A DNA stretch of 64,000 nt from Phyllobates terribilis (taxonomy: Eukaryota): assembly GCF_046119375.1 (NCBI RefSeq), contig NW_027362762.1, positions 857,832,001 through 857,896,000 on the forward strand, in the 5' to 3' direction. Positions 37,560 through 53,129 of this stretch are shown here, piece after piece. The translations under genes were made by a program, and so were the position numbers. Within the stretch, counting starts at the first letter, position 1. Each line of letters begins with the position of its first letter. The notes under the pieces were generated by a model. That model was not told the origin of the DNA. It saw only the letters and a program-made list of their open reading frames with translations, and ran no database searches.

Positions 37560-37908
37560 GAGGACCTGTCATTTGCGATAAATATAAACTTTAACTGGTG
37601 TAGATAGATGCCACTCTTCTTCTGAATCTGTTTATTTTTTTGTTCCTGTGCCTCAATGTTCTTGAGATATGATCCATTCTTCCCTGAATGTAAATTTAGT
37701 CTTGTTAGCCAACTGGCCGTGGTCCTCTAAAAACGCCACAGAGAAGAATTGAAGTCCGTGTCCACTTGGCTGAAAAGACTAGATTTACATTTAGGAAAGA
37801 GCGAACCATGGAGAAATGTAGGAACAAAAGAAAAGCGATGACAGATTCAGGAGAACTGCATTTATACCGAGTTAAAATTACACATTTATGGCAAGTGACA
37901 GATCCTTT
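37560..37908. mobile_element. T2-like MITE
   Basis: TIR aggacctgtca / tgacagatcct with internal inverted sequence. Confidence 0.65.
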
Positions 37909-37957
37909 TTAAAGGATTATTCCCAAAATCACAATGTGGTCTTACAATATTGTATAC

Positions 37958-38428
37958 TGTAAGGGATCAGCTCTCTGGTAGATGCTAGTGCATACACAAG
38001 GATCCGGTTCTTTGGTTCAAAACAAATGAGCGGTTGATTAAATGTCCGTAAACCATGCAGTTTAACAAAACAAAACAGCCTTTTCCAGGACAAAGGGATA
38101 ACATAAAAGTAAATAGTCCATTTAGAGGTAAGGGCTCACCCGTTCAGACACACTGCTTGTCAGGATCTCACTAACACCAACAGAGGTGTTTCCACCTCTA
38201 TTTCCAGACACTGAATGAGGCAGCTCAATTGGATGTAAGGAAGAATGGCCAGTCCCATCCAGCTCTATAGCCATTCCTAAAACCTGGACCCAAAATCTGG
38301 GCCCATTAAAAAACACCTCTCAGCACTATACATGCTGAAGCCTACTTCTCCCGGTCCTACATCACCAAGGCTTGGCACCTCGGTAACGCACACTTCCCAT
38401 CCAGGACCTGTCCAGCTGCCACCTTACA
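37958..38428. mobile_element. Solo LTR, 471 bp, 4-bp TSD
   Basis: TGTAAGG...CCTTACA flanked by ATAC on both sides. Confidence 0.85.
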
Positions 38429-38621
38429 ATACATATATTTAAATCTGCCCCATTTTGCACTTATCACTTGCGATGGTATCTCCTCTAGGGTCTGTGTACT
38501 CTCTAGTTGGTATTAGATTACCTTGATAATAATTCAGAGGTGAAGCTAGTCAAGAGCTCACAGGAGAGGGGGGAGGTATCAGCAGCACTGAGGAGAAGTA
38601 AGCTTCTGGGAAATACAGTTA

Positions 38622-40199
<1,578 letters not shown>

Positions 40200-40206
40200 T
40201 ATATTA

Positions 40207-40581
40207 GGGCAGGTGCAGACGAGCATATTTTTGGTCTAAGTTTGTTCCAACAAAACATCGGATGGCACCCTGATTGTGTCTGTCCAAGGAAAAAATTTCT
40301 GCACGCCCGAGTTTGATCCGATATTCCGATCGTGCTCAGTCATGTAAGTCATTGAGTGTGTGGGAAACATCAGACTGCATTCTAATGACATCTGAGTGCA
40401 GTCCGATTTCTGCGGCCTCACAGAATGGAGAAGATGGAAAAAAATGTCTCCACCTGCTCCTCATCTGAGAGAATTGGATCACACTATGTTGACAATCCAA
40501 TCAAATGCTAATCATAGTGTCATTTGCATAATAGTCCCTATTTTCTTGGATGAGATAATCGATGGCTGTCTTCACCTGCCC
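40207..40581. mobile_element. Harbinger-like MITE
   Basis: TIR gggcaggtgcagac / gtcttcacctgccc; flanks tta/taa. Confidence 0.75.
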
Positions 40582-40675
40582 TAAGAATAGGACCATCCAT
40601 TCAGTTATTTGAAGCTGGAGGCACAGAGAGGCAAATGCAAATGAAAAAAGACACAGGTACAATAAACAATGTTAT

Positions 40676-41367
40676 TGTCATGGCTCAGTTTTGGGACTCA
40701 ATTCGGTGACCTATTGCTGTGTGGCCTGTTTCCCTCTCTGTTGAACCACAGCCCAATTAGTCTCTGTCCAAATTCTAATGGTTCTTTTGTCCTTGCTTTG
40801 ATTTTCTTGGTTTGCTTCACTTTAGTTTTTTTCCCTTTTGTCTTTTGGTTCTGTTACATTTTGGGATGGGCTTTATATATCACCTCTCACTGACTTTCTT
40901 TGCTGGCTATACTTCTAAGTAGATTAGTGCTAATGAGTTTCTACCTCTGCAGTGAAGGGATTTTTCCTTGCTAGGCTAGCACTGCTGGTATTTCTGCTGT
41001 GTGTTTGTCTTTCTTCCCAGCAATTTTCCTTTCTCCTCAGTTAGGTTGGTGGGAGATTATTCTTATTTCATTTACTTTTTTCTTTATGCATGTGCTTTAA
41101 GTTTCCTCACTCTGGGTCCTCCAATCCTTCTGCACACTTTTGCTGTCCTGGTTAGCTGTGTGCAGCAGCCTCTCCTTTGGTCCCTTAGTAGGTATGAGAA
41201 ACCCCTCATCAGCCTTTTAGGGAGCCAGGTCTGAGTTGGTGTTGTTAGTTGTGTGGTTAGGGATTAACTAGTATTTACAGAGTCCAGCAGGGTGTAGGTT
41301 TGGCTTCTTTGTGTTGAAGGCTTTATTATACCTGTTACCCATGTATGAGTGAGTTACGTGCATAACA
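40676..41367. mobile_element. Solo LTR, 5-bp TSD GTTAT
   Basis: TGTCATG...CATAACA; left TSD 40671-40675; right TSD is split by the Tc1 inserted at its TA (41368-41371 plus 51145). Confidence 0.8.
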
Positions 41368-43708
41368 GTTACAGTGGGTATGGAAAGTATTCAGACCCCT
41401 TTAAATTTTTCACTCTTTGTTTCATTGCAGCCATTTGGTAAATTCTAAAAAGTTCATTTTTTTCTCATTAAAGTACACTCTGCACCCCATCTTGACTGAA
41501 AAAAAAAAACAGAACAGAAATGTAGAAATTTTTGCAAATTTATTAAAAAAGAAAAACTGAAATATCACATGGTCATAAGTATTCAGACCCTTTGCTCAGA
41601 CACTCATATTTAAGTCACATGCTGTCCATTTCCTTGTGATCCTCCTTGAGATGGTTCTACTCCTTCATTGGAGTCCAGCTGTGTTTAATTAAACTGATAG
41701 GACTTGATTTGGAAAGGCACACACCTGTCTATATAAGACCCCACAGCTCACAGTGCATGTCAGACCAAATGAGAATCATGAGCTCAAAGGAACTGCCCAA
41801 GGAGCTCAGAGACAGAATTGTGGCAAGGCACAGATCTGGCCAAGGTTACAAAAGAAATTCTGCATTACTCAAGGTTCCTAAGAGCATAGTGGCCTACATA
41901 ATCCTTAAATGGAAGAAGTTTGGGACTACCAGAAGTCTTCCTAGACCTGGCCATCCAGCCAAACTGAGCAATCGTGGGAGAAGAGCCTTGGTGAGAGAGG
42001 TAAAGAAGAACCCCAAGATCACTGTGGCTGAGCTCCAGAGATGAAGTAGGGAGATGGGAGAAAGTTCCACAAAGTCAACTATCACTGCAGCCCTCCACCA
42101 GTTGGGCCGTTATGGCAGAGTGGCTTGACGGAAGCCTCTCCTCAGTGCAAGACATATGAAAGCCTGCATAGAGTTTGCTCAAAAACACATGAAGGACTCT
42201 CAGACTATGAGAAATAAGATTCTCTGGTCTAATGATACGAAGATTGAACTTTTTGGTGATAATTCTAAGCGGTATGTGTGGAGAAAACCAGGCACTGCTC
42301 ATCACCTGCCCAATACAATCACAACAGTGAAACATGGTAAGAAAAGAATTTTGGTGAGTCCCAAAAATAACTAAAATCCTCAATTTATTTCGAAATAATT
42401 TAAAAGATCATACAGGTTGGGAATACATCTCAACGCATTTCTGGCAAAAAGCCAGAGTCACGGCAGGACAAACTACAAGAAGTATTCGGTGATTCAGAAA
42501 GGAACACTGACCCGAGCCTGAAAGAATTAATGCATAAGCTGGAAAAAATCTCTCATCAAGAGTTGAGAACATGGTGGGATCGCAATACCTTGAGTACGTA
42601 TGTGGAAAAATTGATGATACCAAGAGGACTCAGAATTAAAAAGGTACCCACTTATATTTTCTCTGATATATTTCTAAAACAATGGAATGACATTTTATCA
42701 CAATGCTCAATTGACCTCATGAAGTTGATCATCTCTGAGGAAGAGAAAAAATTACAACAAATTAATTTGGACATTGCACAGATAAAATCCTCACTTGTGA
42801 GTTTCAATAAAACTCAGGAGTATGAATTGTTACATCTTAAAATGAAAGAAAATTTGGGCAAATTGAAAATAACATCATGATAATAAAAAAGAAAAAGTTT
42901 CAAAGAGATTGTTTGGATTATAAACATGATAAATTTTATGATAGGAAGAGGAATATAAGATCTATTTCCCCAAATCCAAAAAAACTGAGGGATAAAACTG
43001 ACTTAAAATCTATCCTGAAGAATAATATAGATGACAAAACTCCATCCAGAAATGTAACTTTTTCATCTGTGGAAGGTTTTTCAGATATCATTGCAGAGAG
43101 CTCTGAATCCTCAAAAGATGGAATAGGAGGAGATTGTGGTAATCCTGCTTCAAAAAACGACAGGAGAAGCGACCGAGGAGGAGGAAGAAATCCAGATCCC
43201 CCAAGTTTCAATACGAGGGGCAAGAAAAAGTAGACAACCCATGGTCCAGTGTTATCGTGCTTACCTCTACAATTCTTTCTGAACATGAGATTAATATCTT
43301 AAATAAAGGGACTAATTTTGTTCCTAATCAGGATTTTGATTTATTTCAAACGAATCTAGATGTATATAAACTAGCCAGATTATTGACAGTAAAAAAGCAT
43401 TTTTATAATGATCTCAATGTCCCTGGGGAATTGTATAAGGAGGAGGATAATTGTGAAACCTTTGCACAATTGATGTTTGATGAACGATGTGTGCGGCTTA
43501 CTTTGGAGGATTTAAAATGTGAATCAGGTGAAGTCGATCTAATGAGGGGCGGACCTACCGCCCGTGCAGCCCGTTCATTGAACGGGGGCCCCTCCAGCCT
43601 CCAGCAGGGCCCCCATCAGGGCATGACTATCCTGACTCCAGTATGGGGCCCGGCTGTTCGGGGCCCCCTCGGAACCCCCCTGTTGTGCGTCTCCTCATGG
43701 GGCCCCCG

Positions 43709-45439
43709 CAGGGCCGGCATCAGCACTCAGGCAAATGCCGAGGCCCTGAGCAGGTGGGGGGGGCCCTCACCGTCGGGCACCCTGCGCGCTATGGGACCCG
43801 TGTCAGCGCCCGCTCCCCCCCGCTTGCTCAGGACCCCGGCACCCGGCACAATACTTACCTCTCCCCATGCCTCCGCAGCAGCTCCTGCATTCACCGTGGC
43901 TGCTGCACTGTGACGTGTCAGGTCAGAGGGCGCAGTGACGTCATTACACCGCGCTCTCTCCTGAGCCGTCACAGCGCAGAGCGGGAAGACACCGGCGACG
44001 CTGGAGTTCGGAGCAGAGGCAGCAGGTGAGACGTGAGGTGAGTATTGGATTGTTTTTTTATTGTATGGAGGCATGGGGCAGTATAAGGGAGGGTGGTGAG
44101 GTGGGGGTGTGTGACATCCTGCATGGAGCATTATAAGGGAGGGGGTGTGTGACATCCTGCATGGGGCATTATAAGGGAGGAGGGGTGTAACATCCTGCAT
44201 GGGGCATTATAAGGGGGGTGACATCCTGCATGGGGCATTATAAGGGAGGGGGGTGTGTGTGACATCCTGCATGGGGCATTATGAGGGGGGGGTGTGACAT
44301 CCTGCATGGGGCATTATAAGAGAGGGGGGGTGACATCCTGCATGGGGCATTATAAGGGGGGTGGGTGTGACATCCTGCATGGGGCACTATAAGGGAGGAG
44401 GGGTGTGACATCCTGCATGGGGCATTATAAGGGGGTGTGTGTGACATCCTGCATGGGGCATTATAAGGGAGGGGGGGTGTGACATCCTGCATGGGGCATT
44501 ATAAGGAAGGGGGAGTGTCATCCTGCATGGGGCATTATAAGGGGGGGTGACATCCTATATGGGGGGGGACAGCCTGCATGGGGCATTATGTGGGGGGGGA
44601 CAGCCTGCATGGGGCATTATGTGGGGGGAACAGCCTGCGAGTGGGGCATTATGTTGGGGGAACAGCCTGTGTGGGGCATTATGTGTGGGGAACAGCCTGC
44701 ATGGAGCGTTATATGGGGGCCAGTATCCTGCATGGAGCGTTATATGGGGGCCAGTATCCTGCATGGAGCGTTATATGGGGGTCAGTATTCTGTATGGAGC
44801 ATTTTATGGGGGCCAGTATTCTGTATGGAGCATTATATGGGGGCCAGTATCCTGTATGGAGCATTATATGGGGGCCAGTATCCTGTATGGAGTGTTATAT
44901 GGGGGTCAGTATTCCATATGGAGCGTTATATGGGGGCCAGGATTCTGTATGGAGCATTTTATGGGGGCCAGTATTCTGTATGGAGCATTATATGGGGTCC
45001 AGTATCCTGTATGGAGCATTATATGGGGGCCAGTATCCTGTATGGAGTGTTATATGGGGGTCAGTATTCCGTATGGAGCATTATATGGGGGCCAGTATTC
45101 TGTATGGAGCACTATATGGGGGCCAGTATTCTGTATGGAGCGTTATATGGGGGCCAGTATTCTATATGAAGCATTATATGGGGGCCAGTATCCTGTATGG
45201 AGCGTTATATGGGAGCCAGTATTCTGTATGGAGCGTTATATGGGAGCCAGTATTCTGTATGGAGCGTTATATGGGGACCAGTATTCTGTATGGAGCATTT
45301 TATGGGGGCCAGTCTCCTGTATGGAGCATTTTATGGGGGCCAGTTCCTGTATGGAGCATTTTATGGGGGCCAGTATACTGTATTGTGGAATTTACAATAG
45401 ATATCACTCATGTAATGTAAGAAGTGAAATCTTCGCATT

Positions 45440-45488
<49 letters not shown>

Positions 45489-45585
45489 CTCTTCGGTATC
45501 TGTGCATCATGAATCGTGGTATGTGTTAAACGGGCCCACTGAGACTCTTTCGCCCGGGGCCCACAAAAACCTGGAGCCGGCCCTG
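43709..45585. mobile_element. hAT-like non-autonomous element with internal minisatellites
   Basis: TIR cagggccggc / gccggccctg; exact 8-bp TSD ggcccccg (43701-43708 and 45586-45593). Confidence 0.9.
44100..45375. repeat. Two adjacent related minisatellites (gacatcctgcatggggcattataaggg-type, then 31-bp atggagcgttatatgggggccagtatcctgc)
   Basis: Direct periodicity; (TA)n follows at 45443-45485. Confidence 0.92.
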
Positions 45586-45849
45586 GGCCCCCGGCCCCAT
45601 GCTGAGTGCTAAGTGCCGGGACATCTCAGCCCTGCTTCCTCTGTGTAGCAGTGCAGCGCTGCTGCGGTAGCGCCTTCATGATTCCCCTGACTTCCGGTCA
45701 TGTGACGGCGCCGTCACATGGCCGGAAGTCAGGAGAACCTGGTGGCAGCGACGTGGACGAGCACCAGGATTCTGCAGGGATCGTATGGGGTAAGTATAAC
45801 AAGTTTTATTTTTTTTTAAATACAATTAATTAACTAGGAGTGGGGGGAA

Positions 45850-46085
45850 TCAGAGATGCACGGGGGGTGAGATGCACATGGAGGGGGATGAGAGATGCAC
45901 GGGGGGATGAGATGCACGGGGGAGGACGATGAGATGCACGGGGGGGAGGATGAGATGCACGGGGGGGTGAGATGCACGGGGGGGATGAGATGCACGGGGG
46001 GGGATGAGAGATGCACATGGGGGGGATGAGAGATGCACATGGGGGGGATGAGAGTTGCACATGGGTGGTGAGAGATGCTGGGGGG
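45850..46085. repeat. ~20-bp minisatellite (gagatgcacgggggggat) in a truncated hAT-like host element (43540-46085)
   Basis: Direct periodicity. Confidence 0.8.
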
Positions 46086-46129
46086 GTTATGTTTACATAA
46101 CTTTGTTGCCCATGTTTCTCTCATCTTTA

Positions 46130-46831
46130 GGCTGTGTGCCCACGTAGCGTTTTTCAAGCGTATATGCTGCGGAATTTCCGCAGCGTAAACGCTTGAAAAA
46201 CGCATGTAGATCCGCACCCCATGGTCCCCAATGGCATTCCGCAATGTCAATGCCCATGCTGCGGATTTTTCCGCAGCGTATATGCTGCAGTCAAAAATCC
46301 GCAGCATGTTCATTAATTTTGCGGAAGCGCTGCGGAATCAATGTGCGGATGGTACCCAAGTCTGGAGGAGAGGAGACTCTCATCCAGACCTGGGTACCAA
46401 AGAACCTGTAAAAAAAAGAATAAAATAAAGTTTATACTTATCTTCTGATGTTTTCCCTCCGTCGCGCTGTTGTCTGAAGGACCTGCCACGTCATTGAGTC
46501 ATGTGACCCACCACATGACTCAATGACGTCACCGCAGGTCCTGCACACAACAGCGTGAGCCGCTCAAGCCTCCGGACGGGGCAGAGAATGCATCAGAAGG
46601 TGAGTATAAAGTTTATTTTTTTATTTTTTACCATTCTGAACAAGTTGTCAAGCACTTTTCCAAGTGATGCTTGGAGAAGTGCTTGATAACCCGCATGCGG
46701 AAATGCATGCAAAGACGCCTCACAAACGCTTCTACCTGGCGGGAAAACCGCATGTAATATCCGCATGCGATTTTCCCGCCAGGGAGAAGCGTAAAAAATA
46801 TGCTTCAGGTCCGCAACGTGGGCACATAGCC
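46130..46831. mobile_element. Harbinger-like MITE, family A, copy 5, inserted in the PLE RT
   Basis: TIRs ggctgtgtgcccac / gtgggcacatagcc; TTA TSD on both sides. Confidence 0.88.
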
Positions 46832-47136
46832 TTAGCCGTACTTTTTGTATGGTGGGAAGAAAGCACTATTTTCACAGATGACAATCCTTTTAAAAATTAC
46901 ATTGAACTATATGTTAGATATTTGGATGATGTTTTACTAATATGGGTAGGAGAAGTGGAAAAAAATCCCATATTTTTTACCCTATATCAATGCTAATGAT
47001 GTAAATTTAAAATTTACTTATACTGAACCGCAAGATAAAATCAGCTTTTTGGACTTGTATCTCATGGGGGATGTAAAGCAACAAAAGATTAGATATCGCA
47101 ACTATAGAAAATCTATTAGTGGGAACACTACACTAA

Positions 47137-47522
47137 AATCCCCCGTCACAGTAAGCGAGATCGCTAGCGAGATCGCTGCTGAGTCACAAGTTCTGTGACG
47201 CAACAGCGACCTCAGCAGCGATCTCACTACGTTTGACACGTAGCAGCGACCAGGTCCCCGCTGTGAGATCGCTGATCGTGTTGAAATGGCCTGGACCATT
47301 TTTTGATCATTGAGGTCCCGCTGGGTAGCATGTATCGCTGTGTTTGACACCTTACCAATGACCTTGTTGGCGACTATACGGGTCGCCATATCGTTGCTGC
47401 ATCGTTGGTAAGATCTGACTGTTTGACATCTCACCAGCGACCACACAGCGACGCAGCAACGATCCCTGACAGGTCGTATCGTTGTCGGGATCGCTGTAGC
47501 GTCGCTAAGTGTGACGGTACCC
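47137..47522. mobile_element. MITE (gatcgct-rich) inserted in the PLE thumb region
   Basis: Imperfect TIR cccgtcacagtaagcga / tcgctaagtgtgacggtaccc; removing it restores GNTTL-ADSCHP. Confidence 0.8.
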
Positions 47523-47821
47523 ATAGAGCAGACAGCTGCCACCCCGCCCATACTGTGAATTCAATCCCCTATGGGGAATTAAATAGAATTTATAGAAATA
47601 GCTCTGATATCACACTATTCAATGAACAAGCAAAGGTAGCAACATGTACATTAATGGAAAGGGGGTATAAGAAAAAACATATTGATTCAGCATTAAAAAA
47701 AGTTCTTGTAAGAAATACTCATTTAAACAACAGAGATGATGGTATTAATAACAACAAGAAACCAATAATAATAAAATCTAATAATATGGACAAAAAAAAA
47801 ACATTTTCAGTACCACATATA

Positions 47822-49403
<1,582 letters not shown>

Positions 49404-50220
49404 TAGTTGCCAATTTCAGGAAATAAAAAATATTATAAACAGATATATCCCTGTATTATTCCAAGATCGGGGCTTAAATAAAATCCTGAAAAATGGATTA
49501 GTATGTGTGCCGAGAAAAGGGAGAACAATAGGTGCTACTCTTTCCCTAAGTCTATACATGCCACAAAAAAGTGATAAAAAAAACCTGGTTAAGTTGTAAA
49601 GTTAAGTTTTTTTAAATGTGCATGTTCCAAATGTACGATGTGCCAGTATACATTGCAAACTCAAAAAATTGATGTGCCTAATAATATTAAAAGATTTATC
49701 AATTGAAATACAAATTATGTTGTGTATTGTATATTTTGCAAAGAATGTAAAATAAAATACATTGGCTGCACAATACGTAAATGAAAGAAAAGGATGGCAG
49801 AACATATTACCAACATCAAAAATAAAAACGCATCCTATTCAGGAGCATGCAAGCATTTTGTAGAGAGACATAAAGAGGAATTAAACAATTTTTCATTCTA
49901 TGGGATAGAAAAAGTGAATATTCCTATTAGAGGAGGGGATGGGAGGAAAAAACTCCTCCTAATTATTTTGGATCATTAAACTTGATACAAAATACCCCAA
50001 CGTCATGAACCATAGGAATGATACTCTTTACCTATATTAAATTTTTAAATTTTAGGGATTTGAATGCAGGTTTTCTTTTTTCTCCTTCTGGTTTCCCTTG
50101 TGATTTAGCCTTGTGATTATGCTAATTATTCTCAAATGTGATCGATTGTTAACATATTTGCTTCTTGATCAACGGTTAGTTACCATTTGTTTTTATGCCA
50201 TGTATCATAAGGAATCTGTA

Positions 50221-50262
50221 TCTCAGTGAATAAGGGCTTTTTGCCAGAAACGCGTTGAGATG
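50221..50262 (+). ncRNA. Hammerhead-like variant in the PLE 3' pLTR
   Basis: atctc a GUGAAUA a gggc-ttttt-gcc a GAAAC gc GUU gagat; non-canonical core. Confidence 0.45.
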
Positions 50263-52451
50263 TATTCCCAACCTGTATGATCTTTTAAATTATTTTGAAA
50301 TAAATTGAGGATTTTAATTAATTTTGGGACTCACCAAAATTCTTTTATTATGTCAAGCCGTAAGTCACGGCTACTGGTTGGAGACCCATTACATTGTAAG
50401 ACGGACTGAGTCATATAAATAGGACACGGTGAGGCTGCTTTTTTGTTTATTTACCTAGTGAAACATGGTGGTGGCAGCATCATGCTATGGGGGTGTTTTT
50501 CAGCTGCAGGGTCAGGACGACTGGTTGCAATTGAAGGGAACATGATTGTGGCCAAGTACAGAGATATCCTGGATGAAAACCTCTTCCAGAGTGCTCTGGA
50601 CCTCAGACTTGACCGAAGGTTCACCTTCCAACAAGACAATGACCCCAAGCACACAGCTAAAATAACAAAGGAGTGGCTTCAGAACAAATCTCTGACCATT
50701 CTTGACTGGTCCAACCAGAGCCCTGACCTAAACCCCATTGAGCATCTCTGGAGAGACCTGAAAATGGCTGTCCACCAACGTTCACCATCCAACCTGACGG
50801 AACTGGAGAGGATCTGCAAGGAAGAATGGCAGAGGATCCCCAAATCCAGGTGTGAAAAACTTGTTGCATCATTCCCAAGAAGACTCATGGCTGTACTAGC
50901 TCAAAAGGGGGTTTCTACTCAATACTGAGCAAAGGGTCTGAATACTTATGACCATGTGATATTTCAGTTTTTCTTTTTTAATAAATTTGCAAAAATTTCT
51001 ACATTTCTGTTTTTTTCAGTCAAGATGGGGTGCAGAGTGTACTTCAATGAGAAAAGAAAAACTTTTTAGAATTTACCAAATGGCTGCAATGAAACAAAGC
51101 GTGAAAAATTTAAAGGCGACTGAATACTTTGCGTACCCACTGTATGTTCGATTAATTCTATATATTTACAATAAGTATGCATTTACCGTGCTTAGTGAAA
51201 AATAATGGATCGCTGTATTTACAGTTTAGTCCTTGGCCTTTAGTGATAGGTTCATATGGCTCTATTCTCACATTTATGAAGAATGATGGGAGGGATCAAT
51301 AGTTCATAGCATGATGGCATATGTAGTGCATGTCACAGTTACTATATTTTAGTACAGGTGATGCACTCAAAATGAGATAGCAAATATTGATCTTCAGTTT
51401 AAGCACTTGACCAGATTGCATTTTCCAGCTACTCAGTGACTTAATACTTTTACTGTTTTGCTGCGTTATTACAGTATAATGCACTTCGAACAGGGTAGCC
51501 ATGAAAAACAAATATGTTCCTGTCCTGTGCTGGATAAGTGGATGATGCTTGGATGGAGGAAGGAGAACCAAGTGCCATTTCCCACCCATGTATTATTTAT
51601 CAGCACATCAGGCTGCTGTATTAATTATTCATCAAGTCAAAGCTCTGGCTGCTTCTTTCCCTTTCCTACACAAAATGGGGAAATAGTGCCACTTGCAATG
51701 TTTGCCACGCTTGTACTTTGGGCAGCCCCAGTTTTCCCGTAGTTGAAGCTACAAAAATTTCATCATGTGCTATTTCTCAGTTAATAACTTGTCTGGAGCC
51801 AACCCCTATTGTTAGAATTAATACTACTGCACAGTTATACCAATGATCCGTAGATTAAACATGAATAAGTAATGGATATTTCCCACTACCACTTTCCAAT
51901 AATTAGTTGTACCATGGCCTTATCCTTTGCTTGCTTACATGTACACGGATAACAGATATATGGGAAATGTCTCATTAACTTGGGGTAATTTAGGTATTTA
52001 AACTCAAGAATATACCTATTAGCCTATTATTAAAAAAAAATCACTTTTAGTCTCTAAATAAAGCAATAACCAGTCAATCTAAAACATATTGGAAGGGTTT
52101 ATTCACATATCAACCTATGGTTGTTGCAATGATTTTCTAAAATTGTGGTAAAACTAATATGCAAATTGCCTTTTCAGAGAAAAAGAGGACTTGAATTCTA
52201 TAGCGCCACCTTTTGGAAGTGCTATAGGGCTTGTAGGATTGCTGCTTCCAATAAGTGGCGCTATGGAGTTCAAGTCCTCTTTTTTTCTGAAAAGGCAATT
52301 TGCATATTAAATTTCCCAGAGGAGCATTGCATGGCAAGTAAGCCTCCTTACCTCAACATGCCAGTGCTGGTATGTCACTCTCCACAAGAAGAAACATTAC
52401 CCCTTAGACCTCAGTCCAGAGCCTCTCATCTAGCCAAATCAGTTCTCATAC

Positions 52452-52496
52452 TTTGCACTGATGAGGACCAACAGCCTGAAACATCGTGTTTGCAAA
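52452..52496 (+). ncRNA. Type I hammerhead ribozyme
   Basis: UUUGCA CUGAUGA ggac-caaca-gccu GAAACA ucg UGU U UGCAAA. Confidence 0.8.
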
Positions 52497-53129
52497 TTGA
52501 TATTCTGAATTGGCTTTTATCCTAAGTCATATTGCACGACTTGTTAAAGGGTTGATTGTGACTTGTAGGATTGCTTCTTCCAATAGGTGGCGCTATAGAG
52601 TTCAAATCCTCTTTTTGTCTGAAGAGGCAATTTGCATATTAACCCCTTTACCCACCAGGGTGGTTTGCATGTTAATGACCAGGCCAATTTTTACAATTCT
52701 GACCACTGTCACTTTATGAGGTAATTTACTCTGAAACGCTTCAACGGATCCCGCTGATTCTGAGAATGTTTTTTCGTGACATATTGTACTTCATGATAGT
52801 GGTAAAATGTCTTCGATATCACTTGCGTTTATTTGTGAAAAAATTGGAAATTTGGCAAAAATTTTTAAAATTTCACAATTTTCAAAATTTGAATTTTTAT
52901 TCCGTTAAATCAGAGAGCTATGTTACACAAAATAGTTAATAAATAACATTTCCCACATGTCTACTTTACATCAGCACAATTTTGGAACCAAAATTTTTTT
53001 TTATTAGTGCACTATAAGGGTTAAAAGTTGATCAGCGATTTCTCATTTTTACAACAAAATTTACAAAACCATTTTTTTAGGGACCACATCACATTTGGAA
53101 TGACTTTGAGGGGCCTTTATGACAGAAAA

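Noticed and set aside
44547-45512. Long overlapping ORFs (321, 280 and 193 aa) in all three plus-strand frames
   Set aside because: They arise from a stop-free 31-bp minisatellite inside a hAT MITE; there is no evidence of a real protein.
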